Positions 15,156-34,602 are shown, numbered from the stretch's first letter. The stretch is DNA of 64,000 nt from the human T2T-CHM13v2.0 reference genome, Homo sapiens (GCF_009914755.1 NC_060939.1), one strand, 5' to 3'. Notes: generated by a model from the letters alone, not told the origin. A program made the numbers and translations.

Positions 15156-16012
15156 GTATTCCCTCCAGAATTGAAAAACCTGTAAACCTTTGACAGAGTA
15201 CTTAGATCTTGAGAACCTGTCCAATGTTCAGAGTTTAAATGCCATTTTACTTTAATCCCTTTGCAGGGAACTTGCTTACTTTATCCTGATCTTTCTACTG
15301 TGTATAAAGTCAAATAGCTTGTTCTCTTCCCACACGGAGCTCCTGCTCCAGAGCTGAGATTCTTTTGCTGATTTTGACCTATGCTTTTCTTTTTTGGACC
15401 TCTTCCCTCTTACTAATTGACATATGGTCCTGCCATAAAAAGCGTCCATCTGAGATACACAATAAATGTTTTTTAAGTGCTGGTTAGCACTATATCAGTT
15501 ATCATTCATTTTAGGAAAAGAAAAAGCAAGCATTCCACAAAGGTGCTGGCATAGTCTTCTTACATGTCCATAATTTAAGGATTTTTAGCATTTGTAACTC
15601 TTATTATTAAACATGGTATTAGTTACTAAAAGTGTTTTCAAAATGCTAAATAATTATAAGCATCCTCGTGAAGAAAACTAATTGATTCAAACAAATGTCT
15701 CCCTTGTTTGGGTATTAGGTAGGAATATTGTTTTAACCACTTTATTTTTTTCTGAAATTAGACAAATTAAAGCCCTATTACTTTTGGTTGGTATTTTAAA
15801 ACTACTTGGATAAAACATCTCAAATATCCTACTTTGTCCAAGGAAATGCAGGTTTATGTTAGGCTGGGTTTTACTGTTTTTCTCTTTTTGTGGTGATGTT
15901 TGATTTTAGTCATTTTAAAATGCTAGGTATTACATCAGTTGTTTCCTGAAACATGTATCAACATTCCTCAGGAGTCCACGGCATCATAAAGTTTTGGGAG
16001 TCCCTCTTACTG

Positions 16013-16255
16013 ACAGATAGCAGGATGTAAGAATAATGAAGAACTTTGGCATCAAGCAGACCTAAGCCCAATCTGTGCTCAACATTAAATAACTATGTGA
16101 CCTTGAGCACTGTTTTACTTGAGTTTCAAAATCTACTTTTGTAAATTGAATCTAATAATATATACCTCATGAGTTTGTTTTGAGAATTTATTAGAAAAAT
16201 ACATGTGAAGCCCCTGCCACAAATTCTAACAAAACTTTAACAGAACGCTAGTAAT
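16013..16255 (+). mobile_element. MIR
   Basis: gaactttggcatcaagcagacct...ctatgtgaccttgagca...gtaaattgaatctaataata..acctcat core. Confidence 0.75.
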
Positions 16256-19200
16256 TTTTCATCAGTTAATTAATGTATTCATTGAACAAATGAAAACACA
16301 CCTGCTCACTCATATTCAAAACATTAAGTCCGTTTTTATTGTTTCTTTATAATGACTCTTAATGCCAGTCAGTATATGACTCTGAGATATTTTCCATGTA
16401 CAATTAATACTTAGAAGAGAAGTTGCATTGAAATCTGACATGATGCCACAGACATAATCTGAGGTCCTGAGATGGATCTCCTTTTCATCAAATCTATATT
16501 TTTTGCTGGACTCTGTGATTGCTCAGTGGAGACACTTCATTTGGAAGATAGAATCGTGTGTATTTCCCACTGGAAGACCAGCTCCCCGCTTCAGTCTTCA
16601 TGCCTCTCTGCTATACCCATCAGTCAGAAATCCCACATATCGGCACCAAATAAACACTGTCTCCTTTGAAAAAAAAAAAGTCAGGATGATATTTTAAATC
16701 CTCAGAAGGTACTGTTTAAGTCCTTTCTTCTCTTCTAAGACGTCTTCTCTCATTATTAGTGAACCCAGTGACACTATAGATTCACCAATTCCTCTAATTT
16801 CCTGGAGTACATAGTCCCATCACCTGTCAAACTAAGTGTCTCAAGGAATCCTTCTCCCTCAGTTTCTGCCATGGTCAGCCTTCTCTTGGGGCCACAACTC
16901 ACTTATTTTTCAGTTAGAGAAAAAGTCTGGGGGGAGACAAATGCTTTTCAAACATACTTATGTTATTGTAAACATTTCTCTGAGCTCACAAGACAAAATA
17001 TCCAAATAGAAATTGGCTTAAAGCTCTGTTTTTCCCTACAATGCCCTTGTCTTCATCCATTTTCCTCAGCTGGCACGCTCCTACTGGCCTTCCCTTTATT
17101 TAAACCCAGAAGTCATTTTGTAGGAAACATTAGTACATCTCCCCACCCTACCCTCACAGAGATGTCCCTTTCCTATCTCATGCACCTATTTACTTCTGGT
17201 ATTTCCCATGTTAAACCTTTATTTCTGCATGCTGAGGGCTTGGAAAAACTCTCGAAGTTTATTGAATGTATAAACAAACATCACATCACAAACAAACCAG
17301 AAGTCCCATTGGATACAGCCACACAGACTACTGAACTAAAAAAGCCCCCAAGATTTGCACTTTTCCTCATCTTAATACAGTATCCAGCAGTGAACTCACT
17401 CATGTCCTCTCTCTCAGAAACGTCTTAAGACTATTTGGCATTCAGTTTTATAGAACTCTAATATGAGTCATACATTTCAAGAATTTTATTTCTTTATTAT
17501 GTCTGTAGTTTTGTGACCAACTGTAGCTCACTCAAATCCCCACCCGCCAAGGCAGTAGCATTTTCATTGCCAGGGTGTGACCTACAATCCTTCAGAAAGA
17601 CTCTCACCAGGATAAGAAGCCTGAAAGCTAAGGAGGCTTCTGGCATCTGAAGCTCAACAGAGGTGAAAGAGTGAGTTGGGAGAGAAAGAAAAACTTGTCT
17701 TTATTCCATCCTTTTGTTCCCCAAAGATCAATGTAGGCTGTTCTCTCTGTGGCCTGCTATACATAATATATCCACCATGGACTGGCCATGTCCCCAGTAA
17801 CAGGTTATTTATCATGTTTGTTTTTAATCCCCAATTATAACTATCTTATTAATGGGGAAATCTGATCCAAGGACTACAAAGAGCTACATGATACCTATTG
17901 ATTATGACTTTGGTGATATGTTATATAAACTGCTCATTCTTGCTATCTATATTAATAATAATGGCTTTGAAATTGCTTTATCAAGTTACCTTCTCACTGC
18001 CTCTAGCCTAGAAGATGATACTGGTATTACATTGGTCTCCATAGAGCCTACGTTTTTGTTTTACTAATCTATCTTGAGAGACTACCTACAACTCCATATT
18101 GAAATTCCTTGCCTAGAATACAATGCTGGCAGAAATATGCACTCACTCTGGTCATGAGCCTACTTTCCTTAGACCTACTTTTTGCTTTAACCAGGCCACC
18201 TCATTGTACTCTGTCTCTACCCATGACTCATGATACTCAGTTTCATCTCTGTGGCTTTGTTCCAGGTGCTGTCTCAGCTGGTAACAGCCTCTGAAGTCCT
18301 CCCAGTTCGTCTAAATCCTATTTATCTAGATCAAGTTCCCATCTACTTGGCTCAACCTGGTCTAGCCACGTTGAAGCTAAATGTGCACATTCCATAATGG
18401 TCGTTACCGGGGTAGGGTTAGAATACTGTAAGAAGCTGCATCAGGGTCCAGGGGACACTCTTCCTGTGGGAATAGTGTTGAAAGTCTTGCCTGTCATGGG
18501 TGCGAGAATGCCCATCTTGTGGTGGCTTCTCCTACATTTACTATCCAGCCAGCCCTAATAGCCAAGACATTCATGAGAGAAGACACACTCTTTGGATAGT
18601 ATGCTTCTAATTTATTGCAACATCCAAAGAAAGAAACCAGGCTTTCTCACATACCATCATCTCACAGTCACAATTCCTGCCAAAGAACAAAATACTCAAT
18701 GTCTAAAATAAATGCAGAAGGGGGTTGCCAATCCAGAAAACTTGCTAAAAGTGAGTTTCAGAAGAGGAAATTCAGTCAAGGCAGCTGGCTACCACAAACG
18801 TACACAGCAGACCTGATGGTGGGAAATAGCAATCACCTTCCATAGAGTCGGATGGAGTCTAGAGGAGTCCACCATTCCCATGGGAAAGTGTCTAGGAAAC
18901 CACATCCGGTTGACTACTGTAACGTTCTTCACACAAGAAATGATATAAGATTATCTATCTGGTAGCCAGTTTCATTTATAAATATAAGAGGGGTCAGAGA
19001 CCTCAAAGATTTTATGTCAATGACTTTATTTGTCATGGATGTACTTCTCAGAAGCTTTGTGCCTTGGGAAAGATACTTACCTTCTCTTTACATCAGTCTG
19101 ACTTTCATCTCTGAGATGAAACATATGGTAATGGGGTATAGTCCCCTTGGGGCAAAAATGCTGCTCTCTGCTTCTTATATTGTTACATTAAATTACTATC

Positions 19201-20033
19201 AGCTCTATGAAATCATTTCCAATTATAAGTTACGATGGAAGCTCCCTGAGATGTCACCTTCCTGGAAGACCCCCTCAATTACTTGGAATGACTAAGTTAA
19301 CTAGTATGTCTCCAGTCAAGATGTTCCATGATATTCCACTTTACCTCACTGAAAAGACATGATCTTAACATTAATGTGCAAAATAAGTCAATTCTGTCTA
19401 ATTTCTCATAAGAAGTAGCTGACATTTTTGGAAATACTATATTTATTTTTTATGATAAATCATATTAAATACCCTGACCTCTCCTGAAAAAAAAAAAAAC
19501 ACACAGCCTTATGAAGTTTTTACTCCTTCCAATACAATACTGCTTATTTAGTACACTGAAATTCTGTTTGCCTTGTCTCTAAAGCTCTCACAGCTAAATT
19601 TTAACTTTCTATTTTGGGAACTTATCATTTCAGTAATTTTCCAGCAAAATAATTTTATTCACAACTTATGGAATGACTAGACTGTTTCACAGACGCGTCC
19701 AGAGTGTGAAGTTAAATGTCTCATTGAACAGTAAGCTAATATTAATGAGAAATGGAAGTTCTGTGTCAGAATCTGATAAACCTAAAAGTTTGAAAGCTTT
19801 GTCCACTTCTTATATCAATGTATTCCCACAGTAAGCAAGGGTAAGAGAGGTCTTGACAGCCTGGACAAAATGTCAGTTAGGATCTGTATAAATAAATAAT
19901 GTAAATGATTTTATCTGGAAAAATCAGTTTTGTCCTTATTAAATTTTGAGTAAAGATATTTCTAGAAACTAAATATATCTCCTGTCATCCTCAGAAATAT
20001 CCCTCTGCTTCTACACAATATCCCTCTGCTTAT

Positions 20034-20065
<32 letters not shown>

Positions 20066-20072
20066 ACACACA
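20034..20072 (+). repeat. (CA)n microsatellite
   Basis: About 19 AC units with one TA interruption. Confidence 0.95.
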
Positions 20073-20467
20073 CCTGATTGATGACAGTAGCATTAGTATA
20101 GTTCCCTGTCACATGTTTCTCACATTTTCACACACCTATTAAAATAAGCTAATGCTCCCATTTTGATGGATTCTTCAGTAAGAAAAAGGGCACAAGGTGA
20201 ACGGATCTCTAAAACCCTTCTGTTAAAAAATAAAGCATATCATGTTTGTTCCATTGAACTGGCAAGCTCATTTTGCTTGTTTTATTATAATTATTGTCTT
20301 AGATAAGACAATCCATTGAACTGTAGCTAGAATTTTGTGTACTATGCTGACTCAAAATTCGAGGCTAGGAAGACAATTTATGTTTACTGAGTGCCTGCAG
20401 TATACTATAATATTAGATGTGTATTGTATTGAAACCTTAACTCGATCCTAAGCTCCTTTTACAGGTT

Positions 20468-20620
20468 TATTCACTCATTCATTTGTGTATTCCTTTATTG
20501 ATCAAACATTTATTGTATGTTTTTGATGTACCAAGCATGCTTCTAGGCTCTGTGGACACATCAGTGAATTAAACAGACAAAAACTACTTGCCTAGGGGAG
20601 GTCTCACATTCTAATGTGGA
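20468..20620 (-). mobile_element. L2 3' end, nested in a MIR relic
   Basis: attcactcattcatt...aaacatttattg...tgtaccaagcatgcttctagg...gtgaattaaacagacaa is the reverse L2 3' terminus. Confidence 0.7.
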
Positions 20621-20679
20621 CAAATGAGGTAATCAAAGCTTAAAAATGCTATGCAACTTGCCCAGGATATTTAATATTT

Positions 20680-20858
20680 AAGTGTTTCCTAAAATCTGGT
20701 TCCAGGAACATCTATTTTAAAGTCACTGAGGATGCTTATCAAAAGGATGATTCCATCTCACAATCATAGAGTATGGGTAAGTTCCAGGAATTTGTTGTTT
20801 TTGTTTGTTTAAAGAACCACAGTGGTCCCTTTATGCACAGAGATTTCTGAAAGACCTG
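20680..20858. mobile_element. MER5-type hAT relic
   Basis: agtgtttcctaaaat..ggt ... ttatgcacag..tttctgaaagacctg termini. Confidence 0.45.
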
Positions 20859-20934
20859 GAGCAAACCAACTAAAGGTGTTTGGCGTCATGCTTACATCTG
20901 TCCAGATTTCTATCTCAGAGAAAAGTAAAGGTAT

Positions 20935-21370
20935 ATAAAATAAACAAAGAGATGTTTAGAGAAGCATTGTTTATAATAGAAAAAAAAAAAGAGAAGACAG
21001 AAACCAAATGTTCATGAATTGTGTTCACCAATTGTGGTAAATTGTGGCTCATACATACTGAAAAAATACTCTGCAGCCATGTGTACACATATACACATAC
21101 TTAGAAAGATTCTCACTTCCCAATGTTAAACAGAAATCCCAGTTGCAGAATACTATATAAAATATGATTACCTACTCATCACTATAGGTACAATTTAAAT
21201 GTGGTAGATATGTACGTATTTATATGTTTCTATAGGCACAGAAAAGAGTATGCAGCAAAGCGTCAGTGTTTACATCATCAAGAAAAAGAGGAAGGGGAAA
21301 AATATAATTTTAAAAATGTATATACTTTTCTATTTTTTAATTATAATAGCATCATTTTATAATAAAAACA
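20935..21370 (+). mobile_element. L1ME 3' fragment
   Basis: gatgttt..agaagcattgtttataatag...aaatactctgcagccat. Confidence 0.55.
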
Positions 21371-21934
21371 TGAAGAATGGTTTCATGAAGAAATACATTT
21401 AAAATATAAATACAGAAAAAAATATTCCATAGAAAAATAATGCTTTCCTATGGAAAGTAAGAGGGTAACCTGTGAGTGACATAATGAGATACAAGAAAGT
21501 CTTGGATTACAGATGAGAGGCATGGATGCTAACCAAAAGATTTCAGGCTTCAGGAGGATATGAGAAATAAAATCTATATTCCTAGTTTCTGATATCCATA
21601 GTAATCTTATGGAAGAATTCCACCTACTTATTTCAAGTTGTCAGTATCTCTTTACTTCATGAAAACATGCTCTTATTCTTTACTACTCAGTTCTTCCCCC
21701 CGATCAAAAACGTTACACTCAAACTAAATTTTAGGGTAAACTCAATTACTTAGCAACATCTATCAGGCTACAAGGAGGTTTTATTTTTCTTAGAAGGGTA
21801 AATCATTTCTCACCTTAAAAGAAAAATGCGTGGTTGTTCTCTAGAGTAATCAATTGATTGTGGTGTTTCTTTTTTTAGTCATAGGTCACATGGGAAGCAA
21901 GTAGAGGAAATGGTTATTGGAAACCACCGGAAGT

Positions 21935-22203
21935 TCCTGAAAATAGCTATCCAACAGGAGCTATAGCCTTGGGCAAACACACACAGCCAATGGCCAATGG
22001 AGAGAGAACAGAGAAACACTCTAACCTCTCTTTCTTTCCATACTCCAATCTTCTGATGCTCCCACCCATTGGCCAATTCCAACCAAAAGCTGACAAAACA
22101 GGGAGCATGGTTTACACAATCCATAGAGGACAACCTTCTAGAACAGAGAGCAAGATATAAGTGGAGAGTAAATCTGGAGAGGAAAATTGAGAGTATCCAG
22201 CAA
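21935..22203 (-). mobile_element. LTR33-type ERVL LTR fragment
   Basis: Reverse complement reads tgctggatactctc..tttcctctccagatttactctccac...ttggccaatggg, matching the LTR33 5' part as I recall it. Confidence 0.65.
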
Positions 22204-22689
22204 AAACATGTCATGAATTTCTACGCATCAAGTTCTAATCCTTATGTTGAAATTGCCAGCTGTGAATGAGCTGAATGAGACCACGTCCATGAATGTTTCT
22301 TTTTCACTACCATGGAACCCACAAATCAAAGGTATTCTCTTTCACCTAGTATTAACAACTTCTATTTTTCCTGCCTGAGTCTATTCTCAGATACTGTTAA
22401 CCCTGGCTGATTGACACAGGGATCTCAAATGTAATCCTAACTGACATTTACTCTTCCTTTAAAAGCTGCTTAACTCCAGTCCATGGAGCTATTAGCTCTC
22501 CCTGGATTTGCTACAGAAAAATGCCAGACAATGATGGCCTAACTTTTAACGACTGTTGAATAACTATATTCAATTATTTTGCAAGGGATCGGGAAACTGT
22601 AATTAAAGGTGCTAGGGGGCACTTGGCCCTCAGTGTAGCTTTAGGTCTGCTATAAATGAAGAATTCTCAGGAAGCTGCCAGCTCACAAG

Positions 22690-23100
22690 ATGGTCTGTGG
22701 GTCTGTCCTAGCACTTTCTTCATGATTATCCAACCAGTGACTGGTCTAGTATTATGTCCAATTCATTCTGTCTACTGACAAATAAAATGCTTTCTGAGAA
22801 CTACTTGGCAATTGTGCAATTAGAAGAGGTTTATTTACAGCTGATGTAAATACAGTTTTTCCAGTAATAGGTCCTCATCAACTCTAGCTTTAAGATGGAA
22901 GGGTATTAATTAACCACTAGGAGTCAACTCCAGCTATATTTGGAACATTCCCATTTCTAATATTTTATCACTCCCATTGGCTTTAGTAATTTTTGAAAAA
23001 AATAAATATTTGAGACTTAGAAAATGTTTTTCCATAGCTATGACCATCACTTGTTGGGTCATAAGATTGTTTCTGATTAATTTGCAAGCTACTATACACC
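22690..23100 (-). mobile_element. Possible L3/CR1 RT-region relic
   Basis: Minus strand ttctcagaaagcattt (F.KAF) followed by ctggttggataatcat..aaagtg (WL....RV), in CR1 RT order; very diverged. Confidence 0.4.
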
Positions 23101-23123
23101 AGAGCCTGAGAAATGTTTTACAG

Positions 23124-23508
23124 CAGCGGTTCCCAACCTCTTTGCCAACATGGACGGGTTTCCTGGAAGATAATTTTTCCATGGGGTGGGGGTGGGGTGG
23201 AGGCCGGGGGCGTTAGGTGGGGGTGGTGGGGGGAACAGTAGGTATATGTTCAGGATGAAACTGTTTCACCTCAGATCATTGGGCATTAGTTATATTCTCA
23301 TAAGGAATGCACAACCTAGATCCCTTGCCTGCGCAGTTCACAATAGGGTTTGCACTCCTATGAGAATCTAATGCCACAGCTCACCTGACAGGAGGCGGAG
23401 CTCAGGTGGTAATGCTTGCTCATTTGCCACTCACCTCCTGCTGTGCGGCTCAGTTCCCAACAGGCCATGGACCAGTACCTGCCTGCTGCCCAGAGGTTGG
23501 GACACCTG
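23124..23508 (-). mobile_element. MER1B (hAT-Charlie)
   Basis: TIRs cagcggttcccaacc / ggttgggacacctg; internal ggatgaaactgtttcacctcagatc; degenerate 8-bp TSD ttttacag/ttttagac. Confidence 0.85.
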
Positions 23509-23539
23509 TTTTAGACAACTGAGATTTTTTTTTTCCTTA

Positions 23540-23775
23540 ATAATAATAGCTCCTATGTGGGGAATACCTACCATACACCAGAAACCATGCTAAGCTTTTA
23601 GATAATTTATATGATTAATTCTCATGACATAAGATAAATAGCACTATCATCCTTAGTCTGATAAGACTCTATGGATTAGAGAGGTTATACACTTGTCCAA
23701 AGTCATTCATACAGTAAGTAGTAGAGCCCGTAAAATCAGAATGCAGGTTTGTCTGATTCCAATGCCCATATTCCT
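23540..23775 (-). mobile_element. MIR
   Basis: agagaggtta..cacttgtccaaagtca..cagtaagtagtagagc...tgtctgattcca. Confidence 0.7.
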
Positions 23776-26116
23776 ACCTTCCCTGGTATTTGTTCAGCTA
23801 ATAAAACACCTGAAAGAACACCAATCTCATTGCCTCAGAGGTCCAGATTAGCTGTGTACGGGGAATGTAATTGTGTACGTAGGTGGTAACACATGAACTA
23901 AACATTAGATATTGTTATTCTTTCTGGAGGTCAAAGCCTTATGAACTCTTTATGGTTCCTGAGCTCCATTAAGAGTCATGAGCTTACAGGTGGGAATTGA
24001 ATTTTTCATGTGCCTTTTGGGGAGAACTCCTTGAGTTTTCTTTTGCCAGTCTGGGAACTGTACAGCCTCACAATGGGTGTCAGCAACCACTTGGATAGGA
24101 AGGGACAGCAGGGGTTTGCTAGTGGAAAGATGATGCCAAAGAATGTTTCTCTCAGTCCATTTTCTTTTAGTAAGATATGACTTGTACTAAAGTTCAAGAA
24201 AAATCAGCTTTTGGGTGACTAACCTAACCTTTGGAGAACAAGTATGGTGTGCAGAATGGGGTCAAATTGAAATAAGATAAGAGGCAGAATTATTTATAGT
24301 GATAACAAGAAACTCTACTAGATTCAGACACCATTAGTTGGCACTGATATCCTCAGGGATCTCAGGACCTAATGTGTGAGCAAAATAATAAAACAGTTGT
24401 TGATGACAATGATCATGTAAAGCTATAGTATATACAGGTATGGTCCTACATATCCAAAAGAATGTAGTATCAGATTAATTTCTGAACAGTATCTTTTACA
24501 TAATAAAAAGTTATTTTGTACCCTCATGTGATATTTGAAAGTTAAAAGAATATCCTAGAGGAACAGTACTTTAAAGAAAATCCCTGAGCTAGAAGAAGGC
24601 TGCAGATGTCAGTGGTAGTACTTACTAAGTGGAGTTGTAGCAGGGAAAGGAGAAAGGCAAATCCATCATTCCAGTTAAAATGTACAAAAAGTACATTCAA
24701 AGAGAAAGATAAATTTCCATTGCTTCATAAACTCCTTTAAAAGCATCCTTCAACTGTCCTTGCCACTGATTAACTTCTTGAATAGATTAGAATCTCCCCA
24801 AAAGTATGTTCCATGGCCAGCTCTTAGTTGCCACTAGAGCTGCCAGTAATGTGAAATGTCTCCTTCAAGACACACAATAGAGTAAAATACACCGCACATG
24901 GGCCATAAACCCACAAGGCTCTTTGTGTGTCCAATGATCAAGAAACACAGAGGTCAGAAGGGACTCCAGAACCCAGGGCTGACAGCAACAGTGCCAGGTC
25001 ACCAGGATTGGACTATTCTAAGGCCCAGAGTAGGAGTCTTCAGAAAGAGTCTGTGATTAACCTTTGAGATCACATATAAAGCTCAGATACCATATAATAA
25101 ATATGTTACCTATTTTTTTTTTAAAGTATGAACTAAGGGATAGTAGAATGCTTACTTTCTCTCCCAGGCTATTAATGACAACTTGGCATTTCAGCCAAGA
25201 ACTTAACCTCTTTTAGTCTACTCCCACATACTTGATCAAGTCTTTTATCCTAAACAAATATGCAGGCGAACAAATGACAGAGCTAGGATTCACGCCATGA
25301 TCTGTCTGACTCCAAAGTCTGAGCTATCAAGCACTACACTCTTTTGCTTCCACTAAGTAAAAATAAATCATTATTAATTTTAATAAAAATGAATGTGTTT
25401 GATGTAAATTTGAATTTGCTACCCTGATTCCCATAACATCTCCTCCAAAGGTAATTTATGGAAATGAATGAAAATCTAATACAGTCGATATACATTTGAA
25501 AACCAGTTCTCCAAATAAACAGGAGTATGTAGAGTTATTTAAACAATAAAAAGAATAATGCAAATCTGTTTATTAACTCTGAGGTATATGTCTATGAGTG
25601 TTGTTAATTCTGGACTAAAATGGTACTTATTTTCAGTAAAAAGTAAAATAGGAAAATCTGTAGAAATCTGACAGGCAGAGATAATGTTTCACATAGGTCT
25701 CCCAAGGTCATTTGACTATTAAATTATAGACATGAAGTTCAAGTGTAAGTTTGTTATTATTTCAAAGTACATTCTCTTTCCACTACTACACAGTATTAAA
25801 GATATACTGCAATACTTTCATGTAGAACACAGTTCCCTGCATTACCATATAATTCTTAACAAGCCATTAACTTGACTTACTTCTAAATAGTTTAACTGAC
25901 ATGTCAGCATATCAACAAGGAGTATTGTTTATTACCTAATTTATATTTTAAAGAGTTTTTAAAAGTCAATTTTATCAAAAATATTACCATTAGAAGTTAC
26001 TGAAACATATCAACAACCCAAACTTTCAAAGACCTGATACTACAAAGTCCAAATACTAGTTAAAAATTCAAGCATTAAAATAAAATTGGAGTGGACTCAG
26101 AAAAACTTTCAGTTCA

Positions 26117-32180
<6,064 letters not shown>

Positions 32181-32195
32181 AAAATAATGAGCAGT

Positions 32196-32310
32196 GGATG
32201 GTGGTGAGGGATGCACAACAAGGAGAATGTACTTAGTGCCCTTGAACTGTATATTTAAATGGTTAAAATGGAAAATTGTATGTTAGGTACATTTTAACCA
32301 CAATTTTTTT
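32196..32310 (+). mobile_element. Short L1MB 3' terminal insertion
   Basis: ggatggtggtga..tgcacaaca..gaatgtactta..gaactgta..ttaaatggttaaaatgg; TSD aaaaataatgagcagt / aaaactaatgaacagt. Confidence 0.75.
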
Positions 32311-33039
32311 AAAACTAATGAACAGTATTAAAAAGTGTTAGAGAAGAGTAGAAAATAATATTAGAAATACCATTATATTCATATATCATATTTTGTTATG
32401 TTGATAATAAATACCAATACAAACTATTATATTCATATTATATATTTTTGTTATGTTAATAAATACCAATACAATGCATACTATGTGCCAAATACTATTT
32501 AAGCATAGAAATATAGCCTATTTCACTACTTCTCCCAGACCAGTCATAAAATTAAACCTTTTTAAACATTAAAATAAAAACAAAAATAACCTTTGAGTTT
32601 GACCCTTAGCTTATTTCCTGCTTGGTATTTGATTTTATATCCTCAAAGCATTATAGAGGTGAAAGAGCATATATTTGCTAAAACCTTCCCAGTAGTGACT
32701 GTTAATTGCTAAAGAATACCCTGGCCACCCAAACTTTTCTAGAGCCAATTACAGCCTTCTGTGAACAGAGGTATGGATAGAACAATACCTTATATGATAC
32801 ACAAAATACAAGCTAGTTGGGATTTTTGATGCTTGTCCTATTTATTTAAGTCATAAATCATGGAAGATCAAATAAGATAAAGACTGTAAGAAAAAGAATC
32901 TTCTTCTTTTACCCTTTGTTTATATGGGTTAACATAGAAAAGAAACAAAGACTCAATTGAAAAGTGAGAAATATTATTGGACTTATAAAATCCTCATGGA
33001 ATTCCCTCTTTCTAAAATAAGTTTAAATCAAAACAGTAT

Positions 33040-33990
33040 GATTCCCATTGCAGTGTAGGAGTCTTATAGCAAGAAAACAAACAGGATGTAATGAAAAAGA
33101 ACACCAAGGCCAGAGGGAGAGATCTGGATGTAATTTAGACAAGACAGTCAGAGAAGAAATCCCTACCGATATGATGTGTAAGCTGAAATGTGAAAAATAG
33201 ATGGTTTTCTTAGCATAGCTGTTTGAAGTATTTTTCTATTTCATAGCTAGAAGTGGAGTACTCAAGACAGCACTGGGAAAAGTGTAGTTTGTAAGGGTTT
33301 GTAGGATAAACAGTATGGTTTATATGAAAACACAGGAGGCTGATAGCATAGGCCTACATGGAAAATAATAGAGAAATTAGCTTTTACATATGATGGGAAA
33401 TCACTAAAAGGGAGTAACATGATCAAATTTCTTTTTAAAATTCTCTGTGTGCAGGCTGTGTGAAACAGACAGACTTGAGGGGCTCTAGACAGAAAGACCA
33501 GTGAGGTGGCTATTGAAATAGTCTGGAAAACGTGGTGGTGATTTCTGTCCAGAGTGATGAACAGAATATTATTAAAGGTCTACTTGGATGTAAAATTAAT
33601 ACACTTGGCCGATAGGTTGCATGCAGAAATGGAAATGAAGACACTCGGCCAATAGGTTGCATGCAGAAATGGAAATGAAGGAAGGAAAGGTTAATTCTCA
33701 GTTGCCAGCTCCAGGCACTGAATGGATGGGTTGAGGGGAGGGTGTCACTGACTGGGGTTGAGCCCAGGAAGACTGAGAAGACCCACTGTGGGAGGACAAA
33801 GCAAAGGCTCCATCTTAGAAACATTCCATTTCAGATACTTGTGAGACATTCCAGGGAATACAACAAGTAGGTAATTCATTAGGTGAATGGGATGCAGTCC
33901 AATCTGGAGTTTTTATACTGCCAGTAACTCAGGATCTTGAGTTTTAATGACTACACAGGGGACAAAGAAGAAGCCTTAGGTCTGTTCAAG
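33040..33990 (-). mobile_element. L2 fragment
   Basis: Reverse-L2 motifs tgatgggaaatcactaaaag..gagtaacatgatcaaattt; agaccagtgaggtggctattg..atagtc; tttcagatacttgtgagacattcca. Confidence 0.7.
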
Positions 33991-34267
33991 ATTTGAATAT
34001 ATACATTTTTATAAATGCGAAACTCCAAGGGGATACGCACGCAGTAGCAGCGAGGACAGGGGAAAAAAACTGCAACAGTGGAAGATGTCAGAGAACAGTT
34101 TTTTAGGCAGGACTCTGAGTACAAGAGAGAAAAAGGCTCCCAGTAAAATTTGCTACAGAAAGCAAATTCTCATGCAAGTTTAGATGAATTCGTATTACCT
34201 ACAATGTCCAAAAAACTATTATATCTTATAAATGTTCTTTTGTTGATAAATTAAGTTTTAGGATTCT

Positions 34268-34602
34268 CTTTTTATTGTATATATTTAAGGTATATAACAT
34301 GATGTTTCAATATACACATATGGAATGAAATTGTTACTAAGGACAAGCAAATTAATATATCCATCATCTCATATCGTTACCATTTTATCATGGCAAGAGT
34401 ACCTAAATCCTACTCTTTTAGTAAAAATCCCAAATACAGTACAATCCTATTAACTATATTCCTTATGTTATACATTAGATCTCTAGATTGTTCATCCTAC
34501 ATATCTGCTACTTTGTGTCAATTGTACTACATCTCCCTATTTCCTACCCCACCTCACCAATGATAATCACCGTTTTATTCTCTATCTTGTGTATCTGACT
34601 TT
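34268..34602 (-). mobile_element. L1MA (MA6-8-type) 3' end
   Basis: ttttattgtatatatttaaggtatataacatgatg...tacattagatctctaga..gttcatcctacatatctgctactttg. Confidence 0.8.

Noticed and set aside
15245-15480. + strand acceptor (ccctttgcag at 15266) followed by AATAAA at 15461
   Set aside because: Could be a terminal exon, but the motifs are common and no upstream exon is linked.
16871-17428. 185-aa + strand ORF
   Set aside because: No recognisable domain, composition typical of non-coding DNA (L/S/F-rich), no supporting gene structure.
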